The notes under the pieces were generated by a model, which was given only the letters and a program-made list of their open reading frames with translations, made no database searches and was not told the DNA's origin. 37,951 nt of DNA. It comes from a virus. Its lineage: Duplodnaviria; Caudoviricetes. This document shows, piece by piece, positions 1 through 8,751 of this stretch. The stretch covers positions 1-37,951 of the IMG/VR virus record IMGVR_UViG_3300036985_007727; one strand, 5' to 3'. A program made the position numbers and the translations under genes. Position 1 is the first letter of the stretch, and each line of letters opens with the position of its first letter.

Positions 1-722
1 CCTAAAACAGCAAGGGCTTGTACAAAATCTACTGCTTGTTTATTTGTGTTATACCAAAGCCTACCAGCAGAACCGTCCCAGAAAATTAGTTCATCAATAA
101 ATTCTTTAGCTTTTTTAGATGAAAAATCTGAGAGATTAAAGTTGCTAAATGATTTTATCTTTTTAATATCAGTTTGATTTTGGAGACAAAATGTAAATGT
201 AGTGAATCCATCATCAGATACATTTTTTGTAAATTCAGTATTTGTTTCTTTCAACAAGGCTTCCAACCTGTTAATCTTACGTTGTTTCTTCAGGTGAAGA
301 TCGCAAGTTTTCCATGATTTGTTACTTTGTGGATACATGCCTCTCAAAGTACCATCAGCTTGAACGGCAATCAAAAGTTTTTCATAATCTGTTAAACTAT
401 TTTCTTTGCCGTCTGCAATACCAGCAACGGGGTATAGATAATTTCTTCCCCATTTGCCCTCCATTGATTTTTTCTTTTGCACTTTCTTGGTTTTGGGATG
501 AATTAAAACCAAGTCATGATTTGGAGTAACACAAATATTGGTGGTGGTAGAGTTGTAATAATGTAGTTTGCCGTTGTAATCATAGCTTACAACTTTTAGT
601 GGATTTACAAATGTTATTTTTTTAGATTTAATGTCATATTGAGCAATTTTATCATTCATAGACAAAAGGGTAACATTCTTCCATCCATCAGCGGTTAGCA
701 ACTCCGTTTCTTTATCAAAACA
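1..722 (-). mobile_element. Intein with LAGLIDADG homing endonuclease in nrdB (partial)
   Basis: After ...FGSFE the frame reads CFDKETELLTADGWK (block A), ICVTPNHDL (block B TxxH), LLIAVQADG and ELIFWDG (LAGLIDADG motifs). The C-terminal junction lies outside the window. Confidence 0.88.
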
Positions 723-1016
723 TTCAAAAGATCCAAATGTTGATGCCATCATTTGAATTTCTGGGTGCGGAAACCATTTGGCAACTCTTGATGCCCAATA
801 ATCTTCTACAACTAGTTCCGTTTGAATAAAACCTTTTAATACACCTGCGATAACTGATTTTTCTGATTCTGTTAAGTTAAGTTTCCAATCCTGTACATCT
901 GAAGCCATTTGGACTTCAGTAGGAATCCAATGACTTTGTTGTTGTTTAAGCCAATAATCATAAGCTTGATTGTATAGGAATGGTTTGTAAGTAATACGTT
1001 TTTGTAAGAGTGACAT
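1..1016 (-). CDS. nrdB: Ribonucleotide reductase class Ia beta subunit, N-terminal part, intein-containing; runs off the window start
   Basis: Absent from the ORF track. Manual translation from ATG 1016 gives MSLLQKRITYKPFLYNQAYDYWLKQQQSHWIPTEVQMASDVQDW...GFIQTELVVEDYW...FPHPEIQMMASTFGSFE, a typical R2 N-terminus (YKPF.Y, HW.P.EV.M..D..DW). The frame stays open to the window edge. Confidence 0.93.
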   Translation of the reverse strand, partial: MSLLQKRITYKPFLYNQAYDYWLKQQQSHWIPTEVQMASDVQDWKLNLTESEKSVIAGVLKGFIQTELVVEDYWASRVAKWFPHPEIQMMASTFGSFECFDKETELLTADGWKNVTLLSMNDKIAQYDIKSKKITFVNPLKVVSYDYNGKLHYYNSTTTNICVTPNHDLVLIHPKTKKVQKKKSMEGKWGRNYLYPVAGIADGKENSLTDYEKLLIAVQADGTLRGMYPQSNKSWKTCDLHLKKQRKINRLEALLKETNTEFTKNVSDDGFTTFTFCLQNQTDIKKIKSFSNFNLSDFSSKKAKEFIDELIFWDGSAGRLWYNTNKQAVDFVQALAVL

Positions 1017-1040
1017 AGTAAATCTAAAATGCTCCTGTAG

Positions 1041-2492
1041 TTATTCGTTGAACGCTATTTTGACATTTGTGTCTACTTCCTTAAGTTTTTCTTGCCGCTC
1101 CTTAAGGAATTTTTTGAACTCTTTTGACTTACTAGCGTCTGTACTGTTTGCTGCTTTGACAACAATTCCCTTTGTTGTTGAGCCTTCTGTTTCTTCTTCT
1201 GGATCATCTGGTAGAACTTGTAGAGTAGATCTGGCAGTGTCTAGATGTATACCAAATGTACGATCTTTTATTCCCATTCTGTTTTTAGCTACATGTAATG
1301 TTCCATAGCCGCCCTTTTGGAACAAGCCAACAATAAAATCCGCTTCTGCCGCTTGTGCATACGATTCAGCTAGATTTGTTTCATCAACAACTCCATTTTT
1401 TGACCCTTCTTTGTTTGATTGAAGAGCAGTCCATACAGGGCACCCCATTTCCTTTGCAAGAGCTTTCAACTCACGAATAATAAGCTGAAGCTCGATACGC
1501 ATATGTTCATGACGTTCAATGCTACGAATAAGGGCTGCATAGTCAACAATGATGATATCTGGCTTATAATTCTTGTAAGCCATTTTCTCTATGAATGAAC
1601 GTAGAGTGCCAACAGAAGGTACGCCAGCAGCATATTCTTTGATAATAAGATTACCAAGAACACCATTGGTTTTTAGTCGTTCAATTTCTTCACGCACAAC
1701 ATCCTTGCTTGATTCTAGATCAGAACAACCAATCTTTGTGATGTATGAATCATATCTAAGACCCACATATTCTTCTGGTAGTTCCATGGTAAAATGGAAT
1801 ACCGTTTTCCCACGAAGTAATGCTTCAGCGCCAAACTGGATGAGAACGTGTGATTTGCCATGGTTTGTTGGGGCAACAACAATCCCAATCTCTTTTGCCG
1901 CAAGACCACCATTCAGGATAACTTTGTCATCAAGTTCTGCAATGCCTGTGGAAACAGGTTTTCTTGCTTCTTTTGAGTAACGACGATCAAAGTCTTCTGT
2001 GTAGTTTAACCCTTGTGATTGAGTAATACCAAAGGAAGCAACTTCTTTAATCTTTTGTACTACTAGATCATAGTTTCCTTCATCAATATGTGTGGTTGCT
2101 TCCAAAACGGTTTGGAAGGTTTTTTGTCTTTTGCACCATTCAAGAGATTTTTCTTTAGCATATGAGAGATCACCAAGGTGTTGATTAGCCCTTACTGCAA
2201 CAAGAAAAGAATCAATCTTATTGAGTAAAGGTTTATCTTGGCCAAAGGATTCTTTCGACATAGCTTCCAAAAGATCTACTGATGGAAACTCTTTGTAACG
2301 TTGATGATGTTTGATATAAAGTTTTGAAAGTGCCTTCAAGTGCATGTTGGCATCATCAAAGAAATCTGGCGAAAATACCTCTAGAAATCCACCAGCCCAT
2401 TCCTTGTCAACAATCATAGATTGCATGATGCGTTCTTGCATCGCTTCGTTCCAGTTTGCATCAGAAAAAGATTTACTATTCGAGTCTGCCAT
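1041..2492 (-). CDS. dnaB: Replicative DnaB-like / T4 gp41-like helicase
   Basis: Walker A APTNHGKS, FTMEL, IIVDYA, WTALQSN, LAESY..AAEADF and KNRMG motifs. Start moved to MADSNS (2492), downstream of AAAGGA. Confidence 0.92.
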   Translation of the reverse strand: MADSNSKSFSDANWNEAMQERIMQSMIVDKEWAGGFLEVFSPDFFDDANMHLKALSKLYIKHHQRYKEFPSVDLLEAMSKESFGQDKPLLNKIDSFLVAVRANQHLGDLSYAKEKSLEWCKRQKTFQTVLEATTHIDEGNYDLVVQKIKEVASFGITQSQGLNYTEDFDRRYSKEARKPVSTGIAELDDKVILNGGLAAKEIGIVVAPTNHGKSHVLIQFGAEALLRGKTVFHFTMELPEEYVGLRYDSYITKIGCSDLESSKDVVREEIERLKTNGVLGNLIIKEYAAGVPSVGTLRSFIEKMAYKNYKPDIIIVDYAALIRSIERHEHMRIELQLIIRELKALAKEMGCPVWTALQSNKEGSKNGVVDETNLAESYAQAAEADFIVGLFQKGGYGTLHVAKNRMGIKDRTFGIHLDTARSTLQVLPDDPEEETEGSTTKGIVVKAANSTDASKSKEFKKFLKERQEKLKEVDTNVKIAFNE

Positions 2493-2618
2493 GTTTTTGT
2501 ATAGCTCGTTTCCTTTGTGTGAAATTAAAATTGTTAGCAAATTCTCAGTTAAAGTGAGAGTTCATACCTTGTGTTAAGCTCTGGTATAACATAAAGAGTA
2601 GGGCTGTTATAAATTTTC

Positions 2619-3602
2619 TCAATGGACTAATTTTTTTAATTCTGTGAGGAAAAAATCCCACTCTTGTGTTTGTTGCATCTTGGCTTGATGTAAAATCTTG
2701 ACAAATTCCATCTTTCTCAAGACATTATTTCTGCTTTCTAACTGTTGATCAATTTCTTGAATCTGGGAAGCAGAAAGCGCCGAAGTGGAAAGGTACATCA
2801 GCTTCCAATTCTTTTCAATAGTCTCAAAGTTTTGATGAAGTTCAGTTAATGCTTTGGACGGCTTTTTAGATTCAAGAAAGATTTTATTGGTTTGAGATTT
2901 CAGCCAAGCAACATCTTTTTCTTCCTGTGAAAGTTCTGGGAATAGTTTTATTGCCGTTTTTTCTCCAAGGCCATTAATTCCACGAATTGTATCTGAATCA
3001 TCTCCAAGCATTGTGCGAAAAAGGCATACGTTTTCTGGGATGACTCCAAATTTTTCAGTTACATACTTTGAATCAATATATTGCTTTTTAAGTGGGTCAT
3101 AAATCTGAACAAGAGGATCAGTTAATAGTTGGTAAAAATCTTTATCTCCAGATAGAATAACTTTCTTGCGGGGATCAGCTTTTAGCTTTGATGTAACGAG
3201 ATATGCGATAATATCATCACATTCAGTGTTCTCAACATAGATTTGATAAACAGGCAAACACTCAAGTAATGAAAGCAATAAACTTAATTGTTTTGGTTTA
3301 TTATTTTCATCATAAAAAGGGTTTGGTCTGCCGTCATTTCTAAACTGATTAAACTGCTTAATTTCACCTTGCTTGCCGCTGCTAGATTTATACTCAGAGT
3401 CAATAGAACGTCGTCTAGTAGACGCTCCACCTTGCTCCCATATAATGACTATCTCTTTTGGTTGAATGACCTTATAGGCCCACCTGAGCGTGTTTATGAA
3501 CCCAACTACACCACCAATCAAATCACCAGAAGCAGTCACCGCTTGATTGGCTGCAAAGTTTCTTACAAAATTATTAAATCCATCAACAATTAAAACTGTC
3601 AT
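2619..3602 (-). CDS. 5'-3' exonuclease / flap endonuclease (Pol I N-terminal domain, T4 RNase H-like)
   Basis: LIVDG.N, EYKS, ECDDIIA, SGDKDFYQL and GDDSDTIRGINGLGEKTA (H3TH) motifs. Confidence 0.92.
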   Translation of the reverse strand: MTVLIVDGFNNFVRNFAANQAVTASGDLIGGVVGFINTLRWAYKVIQPKEIVIIWEQGGASTRRRSIDSEYKSSSGKQGEIKQFNQFRNDGRPNPFYDENNKPKQLSLLLSLLECLPVYQIYVENTECDDIIAYLVTSKLKADPRKKVILSGDKDFYQLLTDPLVQIYDPLKKQYIDSKYVTEKFGVIPENVCLFRTMLGDDSDTIRGINGLGEKTAIKLFPELSQEEKDVAWLKSQTNKIFLESKKPSKALTELHQNFETIEKNWKLMYLSTSALSASQIQEIDQQLESRNNVLRKMEFVKILHQAKMQQTQEWDFFLTELKKLVH

Positions 3603-3652
3603 TTAGCTTACTCCTATTAAAACCAAAATTCAAACGGTGAAATATCTTTTTG

Positions 3653-4102
3653 TTAACGACCTGTGCTTCCAAAACCTCCATCACCACGTTGGGTTTCAAT
3701 AACCGTATCAGTTTCTTGAATTGTAATTTTGTGAGGCTGGTTTACAATTTGATAAAAGATTGCCTGAGCAACCCTTTCACCTTGTTTAAAAGTGTAAGTT
3801 GATTTACTGCTATTGTGCATAATGCATTTAATTTCACCACGATAACCAGAATCTATGATTCCACCTACTGGGAAAATGCCTTTACACGCAAGTCCAGATC
3901 GTCCCTCAATTTTCATAAAGATCGAATCAGTTGTGGCGACTACAAAATTTGCAAGCTGCAATCCTGTTGAAATCAGTTTGGTTTGACCAGGTTCTAATGT
4001 TTGATCTGTATCAGAGTAAAGATCAAACGCAGCATCACCTGCATGGGCTTTTGTTGGAAGCCGAGCATTATCATTTAGTTTTTTAAAAGAAATGGTATTC
4101 AT
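3653..4102 (-). CDS. dut: Trimeric dUTPase
   Basis: AAFDL, GRSGLA, GIIDSGYRGE, RVAQ and RGDGGFGSTG motifs. Confidence 0.97.
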   Translation of the reverse strand: MNTISFKKLNDNARLPTKAHAGDAAFDLYSDTDQTLEPGQTKLISTGLQLANFVVATTDSIFMKIEGRSGLACKGIFPVGGIIDSGYRGEIKCIMHNSSKSTYTFKQGERVAQAIFYQIVNQPHKITIQETDTVIETQRGDGGFGSTGR

Positions 4103-4111
4103 AACGGGTAC

Positions 4112-4140
4112 AGTATAAGTCTACCGAGCCCGCTATGCAA
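4112..4140 (-). promoter_or_regulatory. Sigma70-type promoter for dut
   Basis: Minus strand TTGCAT-N17-TATACT, with 9 nt between the -10 and the dut ATG. Confidence 0.65.
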
Positions 4141-4187
4141 CCCAGATTAGTTTCCGACTTCGCCCCACCAACCTATGTCAAGAAACC

Positions 4188-5846
4188 TTATGCAAGTGCA
4201 TGTTCGTCAACTTCGCTAGAGATTTTTGTTATTTCATCTTTTTCGGCGGCATCAAGAATAAAGCATCCATCACAAAGGGCAAGAACATGTTCTCTAAATT
4301 CAGAGTTGTTGTAAATTTTAGTTTCAAACTCATCTTTTCTAAAGGTTTGTTCTTTAGAAATTTCTCCTGTTTGAACATCGATCAATTGAATATATTTCCA
4401 GCCGCCTGTTCCATAGATGTTTGCAACCAAACCATCTTTATAAGCAAACTTAGCTCTATTCTTTTTATAGGTTTCTGATTCGCAGAATACTCTTAGATCA
4501 TCAAACAGTAATTCAAGATCAGTAATACCTTTGCCATAGATAATTTGTATACTTGTTTGACGATATGGTCTAGCTACTTTGTTTTTTACTGCACCAATTT
4601 TTATTTCAATACCTCTAATAATCTCTTGTTTGTCAACCAGTTCTTTAATTTTAGAAGGCGTATAAACTCTTAATCTAACAGATGCAGCAAATGGAATAGC
4701 CATTCCTCCAGGAGTTGTGGTGTTGTGGTTCACTTGTCCTTCTGCAATATAATTGTGAGTATCTTCAACGCACATATCTAAAACTTCTATTGGTTCTTTA
4801 ACCAATTTTGCATGAGGATGTCTAGATAATTCAACCCACTCACCATTAAACCACACTCTATGATCTGGAGTCCCCCTTAAATCACCAAGTCTATAATGAA
4901 CTTTAGATTCATTCTTAACCACCAAATCAGTTATTTTTCTCCAGCATTTTGTATTTGTTTTAAAGTCAAAACTTTCAATTTCAATATTTGAATCTTCAAT
5001 ATTTAACATTCCAACTTCATCAAAAGACTCAAAACCTTCTTGTTCAAAAAGTTCACCTAATGTCATTGTATCTTCGGATATGCCCCAGTGTTTATTTGGT
5101 TGTCTAATTTTAATTCTAGTTTCTGGTGAAACGCATGGATCAGATCCCATCACCCCAATTTTTTGCCTTGTTTGATTAAGTAAAATCAAGGTAACTCCCT
5201 TATCTTTTAAGATTTGGTTCACCTTCATAATCCCTTTACTCAAAGCCCTGGCTTTGATACCAATTTGTTGTTGTTCATATGTTGCTTCCAATTCTGTTCG
5301 GGAAACAGATGCGGCAACAGAATCCCATACAATCAAAATTGGGACATCATCCATTTGATTTTTTACAGATGTGATAATCTGTTCAATCAATTGAAATGTA
5401 TCTTCGATGCATTGTTCTTGTACGAAGATTAGTTCTTCAACATTAACTCCAATCAATGCCAAGTTTTCTAGAGAGGTTGCATTTTCTGAGTCGATATAAA
5501 CAGCAATACCACCATTTCTTTGCATCTGAGCACAAATGGTTTGTGCAAGTGTAGATTTACCTGATGATGGTTCTCCAAAGATTTCAATAATCCTTCCACA
5601 AGGAATTCCACCTGGTCTTCTATTAGAAATAATATAGTCTAGTTTAACACTGGTTGTACTAATCCATTGAGCGACATTAGTTGGGGCATCCTTATCTTCA
5701 ATAAGATTGAAAGCAACTTTTTCTCCCTTTGTTTTATTGATATCTTTTGTAATATTTGCAATTAGGCTGCGTCTCACGCTACTATCTTTTGGTTTCTCTG
5801 TTTGTGTTAATGGTAATTCAGCTTTTATCTTTTTTACGTTTGCCAT
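4188..5846 (-). CDS. recA: RecA/UvsX-like recombinase with mini-intein
   Basis: GIPCGRIIEIFGEPSSGKST, YIDSENA, IVWDSVA, LNQTRQKIGVM, TTPGG.A..F.ASVRL and KNKVARP motifs. Confidence 0.95.
   Translation of the reverse strand: MANVKKIKAELPLTQTEKPKDSSVRRSLIANITKDINKTKGEKVAFNLIEDKDAPTNVAQWISTTSVKLDYIISNRRPGGIPCGRIIEIFGEPSSGKSTLAQTICAQMQRNGGIAVYIDSENATSLENLALIGVNVEELIFVQEQCIEDTFQLIEQIITSVKNQMDDVPILIVWDSVAASVSRTELEATYEQQQIGIKARALSKGIMKVNQILKDKGVTLILLNQTRQKIGVMGSDPCVSPETRIKIRQPNKHWGISEDTMTLGELFEQEGFESFDEVGMLNIEDSNIEIESFDFKTNTKCWRKITDLVVKNESKVHYRLGDLRGTPDHRVWFNGEWVELSRHPHAKLVKEPIEVLDMCVEDTHNYIAEGQVNHNTTTPGGMAIPFAASVRLRVYTPSKIKELVDKQEIIRGIEIKIGAVKNKVARPYRQTSIQIIYGKGITDLELLFDDLRVFCESETYKKNRAKFAYKDGLVANIYGTGGWKYIQLIDVQTGEISKEQTFRKDEFETKIYNNSEFREHVLALCDGCFILDAAEKDEITKISSEVDEHALA
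4722..5135 (-). mobile_element. 138-aa mini-intein in RecA (no endonuclease)
   Basis: GSDP|CVSPETRI...GTPDHRVW...VLDMCVEDTHNYIAEGQVNHN|TTTPGG: Cys1, block B TxxH, blocks F/G ending HN, Thr+1. Confidence 0.93.
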
Positions 5847-5893
5847 CTTTATATTCCTTATTATAGGTTTCCATTATTATCACTACAACGCAT

Positions 5894-5927
5894 AAAAAAA
5901 ATGCCGCCATTTTTTGTTGGCGGCATT
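5894..5927 (-). terminator. Rho-independent terminator downstream of ssb
   Basis: AATGCCGCCA / TGGCGGCATT inverted repeat (5900-5927) followed on the minus strand by a T run. Confidence 0.8.
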
Positions 5928-5961
5928 CCTATTCTAACCTATTGTTAGTTTACCCTTTACG

Positions 5962-6834
5962 TTATTGGAGTCTAGCTTTAGCTTTTAGTGCTTGTAGTTT
6001 AGCCAGAGCATCATTTGTTGATGCTGGTGGAGCAGCAGAAAACTTAGCTTCTTTTGCTTCATCATCTTCAATAGCAACACCGCTTGTATCGGCGGCAGAA
6101 GCAGATTCGCCAGATAGCGTCCCGTCTTCAAGACGGGTATAAAATCCTTCCAATTCAGTTTTAAGTGACGCACCATCTTTAATCCAGTTCTTGAAAATCT
6201 CTCCAAGTTTTGGACATGAATCCATAAATTCTTGTCGAGCATCTTGTGCTGGTAGTAAAGCACTTGGTTTGTTACGCAGAGTAAAGGTATACTGACGAAC
6301 CTGTTTACCGTTCCATAGTTTTGGTTTGCCTGAGCCATCAGTTTCAGGCATTACTGAAACTTGAAAGTCATGACCGTTTTCTAGATCAAAGATATCTGAA
6401 TCTTCATAATCTTCAGATTGAAGTTGGGCATAGATTTGATCTCTAACCTTTTTATTGAACTCAAATACTTGTGGACCTTCTTCTTCTTTGCCTCGTTCAA
6501 TAAGGATACCAAAGTAAGATTCGCGAGCCTTCAATAGTTTCGCTGTGTTCCAGTTGTCACGACGGATATCATCAAACTCTTGCTTGATTGGGTCAGGCAT
6601 ATCATATTGATATGGTGCTACAAAACGCTTGTTTGGATCAATGTTACGGTAGAAAAGAATTTCGTAGAATGGTTCATCGCTGCCGTTATCAGGAGCTTGG
6701 ATAAAGCGGATATTGTATTTTTTACCGATTTCTGGTTTCCAAGTTTTATATGCTGGTGTAAAATCTTTTTTTGCGCCTGGTGCTTTTGGTTCTAGAGCTT
6801 TTTTGATTGCAGATAGATATTTTGGTTGTGCCAT
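5962..6834 (-). CDS. Single-stranded DNA-binding protein, T4 gp32-like
   Basis: WKP...NIRF, EPFYE, PDPI, RGKEEEGPQVFEF and DIFDLENGHDF pattern, an acidic C-terminal region, and position next to recA. Confidence 0.8.
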   Translation of the reverse strand: MAQPKYLSAIKKALEPKAPGAKKDFTPAYKTWKPEIGKKYNIRFIQAPDNGSDEPFYEILFYRNIDPNKRFVAPYQYDMPDPIKQEFDDIRRDNWNTAKLLKARESYFGILIERGKEEEGPQVFEFNKKVRDQIYAQLQSEDYEDSDIFDLENGHDFQVSVMPETDGSGKPKLWNGKQVRQYTFTLRNKPSALLPAQDARQEFMDSCPKLGEIFKNWIKDGASLKTELEGFYTRLEDGTLSGESASAADTSGVAIEDDEAKEAKFSAAPPASTNDALAKLQALKAKARLQ

Positions 6835-6944
6835 TGTTTTTTCCTTATTTGTTACGTCCTAAAGTTAATCTCGGATTTTTGGGTCATCAATAGTAGATTA
6901 GTATGACAGGTGTTGAGATTAGTTTTTTGGAGTTGGTATCCATA

Positions 6945-6974
6945 ATTATAGGGCTCGACACCTATTCTTGTCAA
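6945..6974 (-). promoter_or_regulatory. Consensus sigma70 promoter for ssb
   Basis: Minus strand TTGACA-N18-TATAAT. Confidence 0.8.
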
Positions 6975-6978
6975 GAAT

Positions 6979-8010
6979 CTATTGTGAACTTGCTTTTTCT
7001 ATTTTTGAAAAAGTCTTTATTTTTTCAGTAGAAAATGATTTTATTGCCCCCTGTTTTATAGGGGAAGATGATGCAAAAAGCAGTGCATCGTGGATCACAA
7101 AAAGTGGTTTAATTTTGGTTTTATTTTGTTTGTAAAAGGAAGAAAATAAATAAAGGGCAAGATCAGCAGCGGTCGATTGAATGTAATAGTTGATAAGCAT
7201 ATAATCTTGAAAAGAAGAGTCAATCGCTTGCTGTTTTGTAAGAATTGGTTTGCCGTAAAAGTTATAGAGGCAACCATCAACATATAGATCATTCTTGAGT
7301 TTTTGTTTTAACTCAAGAATTCCTAATGAAGAAAGGAATTTATTAAGCTCAGAAGCTTCAGCTTGATGAACAGTATTTGAATGTTCTACAGATGAACCAT
7401 ATATCAAACGCAGAACAGTGTTCTTAATTTCTGAACGGTCAAGGTGTTTAAGGCCAATAAAATCTTTAATTGAAGAATAAAGATCCTGATAGTCTAGTTG
7501 ACTTTGCCCACAAAGTTGAAAAAGGATAGTTGGTTCAAGAGCAGAAAAGTCCATTATATAAAGATTATCAGCAGAGAAAATCTTTCTGCGATCTTCTTTT
7601 TTAAGCATTAATATTTGTGGTCCAGATAGAATCTTTTGTCTACCTGTGATTGATGAAGTTCTTCCATAAACTACAGCGTTCGTTGGCGGCAAAAAACTTT
7701 CTACGATATGAAGATTTCGATTGTCATTAGCTGCACGATAGTCTTCAATTAAGCTATCAATCGCATCAACGTCAACAAACTGGTCACTAGAATGCAATGA
7801 GTCAAGGATGTAGTTTGACGGCTTAAACATCTGTTCATAGTAAAGAAATGTACTATCAAAGGTTGGTTGATTAACCAAAATTGATTTATAGAAGCTTGAA
7901 CTGAAAAGCAAATGTTCTTGTTCTTCTTCTGAGTTTAGATTCATTTGCAGTAAAACAGAGTTTAATTTCTGTGCTGGTTCTGTTCTCAGCAATTCAAGAA
8001 AATCTGACAT
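6979..8010 (-). CDS. Short family-A DNA polymerase domain protein
   Basis: TGR, motif A DFSALE, motif B-like R..IK...L..IYG, NYYIQSTAAD, motif C VIHDALLF. Only 343 aa, with no exonuclease domain evident. Confidence 0.82.
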   Translation of the reverse strand: MSDFLELLRTEPAQKLNSVLLQMNLNSEEEQEHLLFSSSFYKSILVNQPTFDSTFLYYEQMFKPSNYILDSLHSSDQFVDVDAIDSLIEDYRAANDNRNLHIVESFLPPTNAVVYGRTSSITGRQKILSGPQILMLKKEDRRKIFSADNLYIMDFSALEPTILFQLCGQSQLDYQDLYSSIKDFIGLKHLDRSEIKNTVLRLIYGSSVEHSNTVHQAEASELNKFLSSLGILELKQKLKNDLYVDGCLYNFYGKPILTKQQAIDSSFQDYMLINYYIQSTAADLALYLFSSFYKQNKTKIKPLFVIHDALLFASSSPIKQGAIKSFSTEKIKTFSKIEKASSQ

Positions 8011-8013
8011 GGG

Positions 8014-8751
8014 TTATCGTTTTTGATTTTTGAACCTTACCAAATGACCAAAAACTTCTTTGAGGAACATTGGGTAAGCAGGAGAATAGTTGGGATTGCT
8101 ACTGACGTTGTAAAGTACCAATTCATCATCTAGATTACTAATCTTGAATCCAGCTAGTATAGCTTTGTACCAAAACCACATATCTTCAGTTAAAGGCAAT
8201 AGATCTTCATACATACCAATTTTGTAAAGTATAGATCTTCTATAAACTGCCGAAGCATTACCAACAGGATTTATACCATTTATAAAAGCATCTAAGCAAT
8301 CATCATGGTCTAATGGTCTTTTTTCAAGTTTAAAGGTTTTATCTCTTGGGCCATGTTTTGTGCGGCCAACGTATTGTCCACCAACAACTTCTATATCGCT
8401 GTTTAATTCAAGAAACTTGATTTGTTTTTGAAGTTTATTTTTATCTATCCAAACATCATCGGCATCTTGATTCGCAATATAGGTGTATGAATCATCCACT
8501 TGTAGCAATCCGTAATTTCTGGTTGGAGTTGTACCTTTGTAAAGGTTTTGTTCATAAATCTTAATACAATTTCCATTTGTATGATTAAGTTTTAAACTTT
8601 CAATAATTGATTTCGAATTATCTGTTGAGTTATTAAAAACACAAAATATGTCAAATTGATAATCTGTTTCTTGATTAAGAACAGATAATAAAGATTCTTC
8701 AACATACTTTTCTTCGTTATGTATTGGTACAATAACTGCTGTTTTTGTCAT
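8014..8751 (-). CDS. Glycosyltransferase family 2
   Basis: VIVPIHNEEKY...SVLNQ, NNSTDNS, RNYGL, QDADD and EDMWFW motifs. Start MTKT overlaps the upstream stop (ATGA). Confidence 0.92.
   Translation of the reverse strand: MTKTAVIVPIHNEEKYVEESLLSVLNQETDYQFDIFCVFNNSTDNSKSIIESLKLNHTNGNCIKIYEQNLYKGTTPTRNYGLLQVDDSYTYIANQDADDVWIDKNKLQKQIKFLELNSDIEVVGGQYVGRTKHGPRDKTFKLEKRPLDHDDCLDAFINGINPVGNASAVYRRSILYKIGMYEDLLPLTEDMWFWYKAILAGFKISNLDDELVLYNVSSNPNYSPAYPMFLKEVFGHLVRFKNQKR

Noticed and set aside
314-529. 71-aa plus-strand ORF
   Set aside because: Antisense shadow of the nrdB intein. The other short ORFs nested in or antisense to long genes are rejected for the same reason.
4141-4187. Second TTGACA (4181-4176, minus) in a GC-rich spacer; possible promoter or tRNA fragment
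   Set aside because: No -10 at 16-18 nt and no cloverleaf.
6887-6943. 18-codon uORF (MDTNSKK...) in the ssb leader
   Set aside because: Its ATG lies 1 nt from the -10 box, upstream of the expected transcription start.
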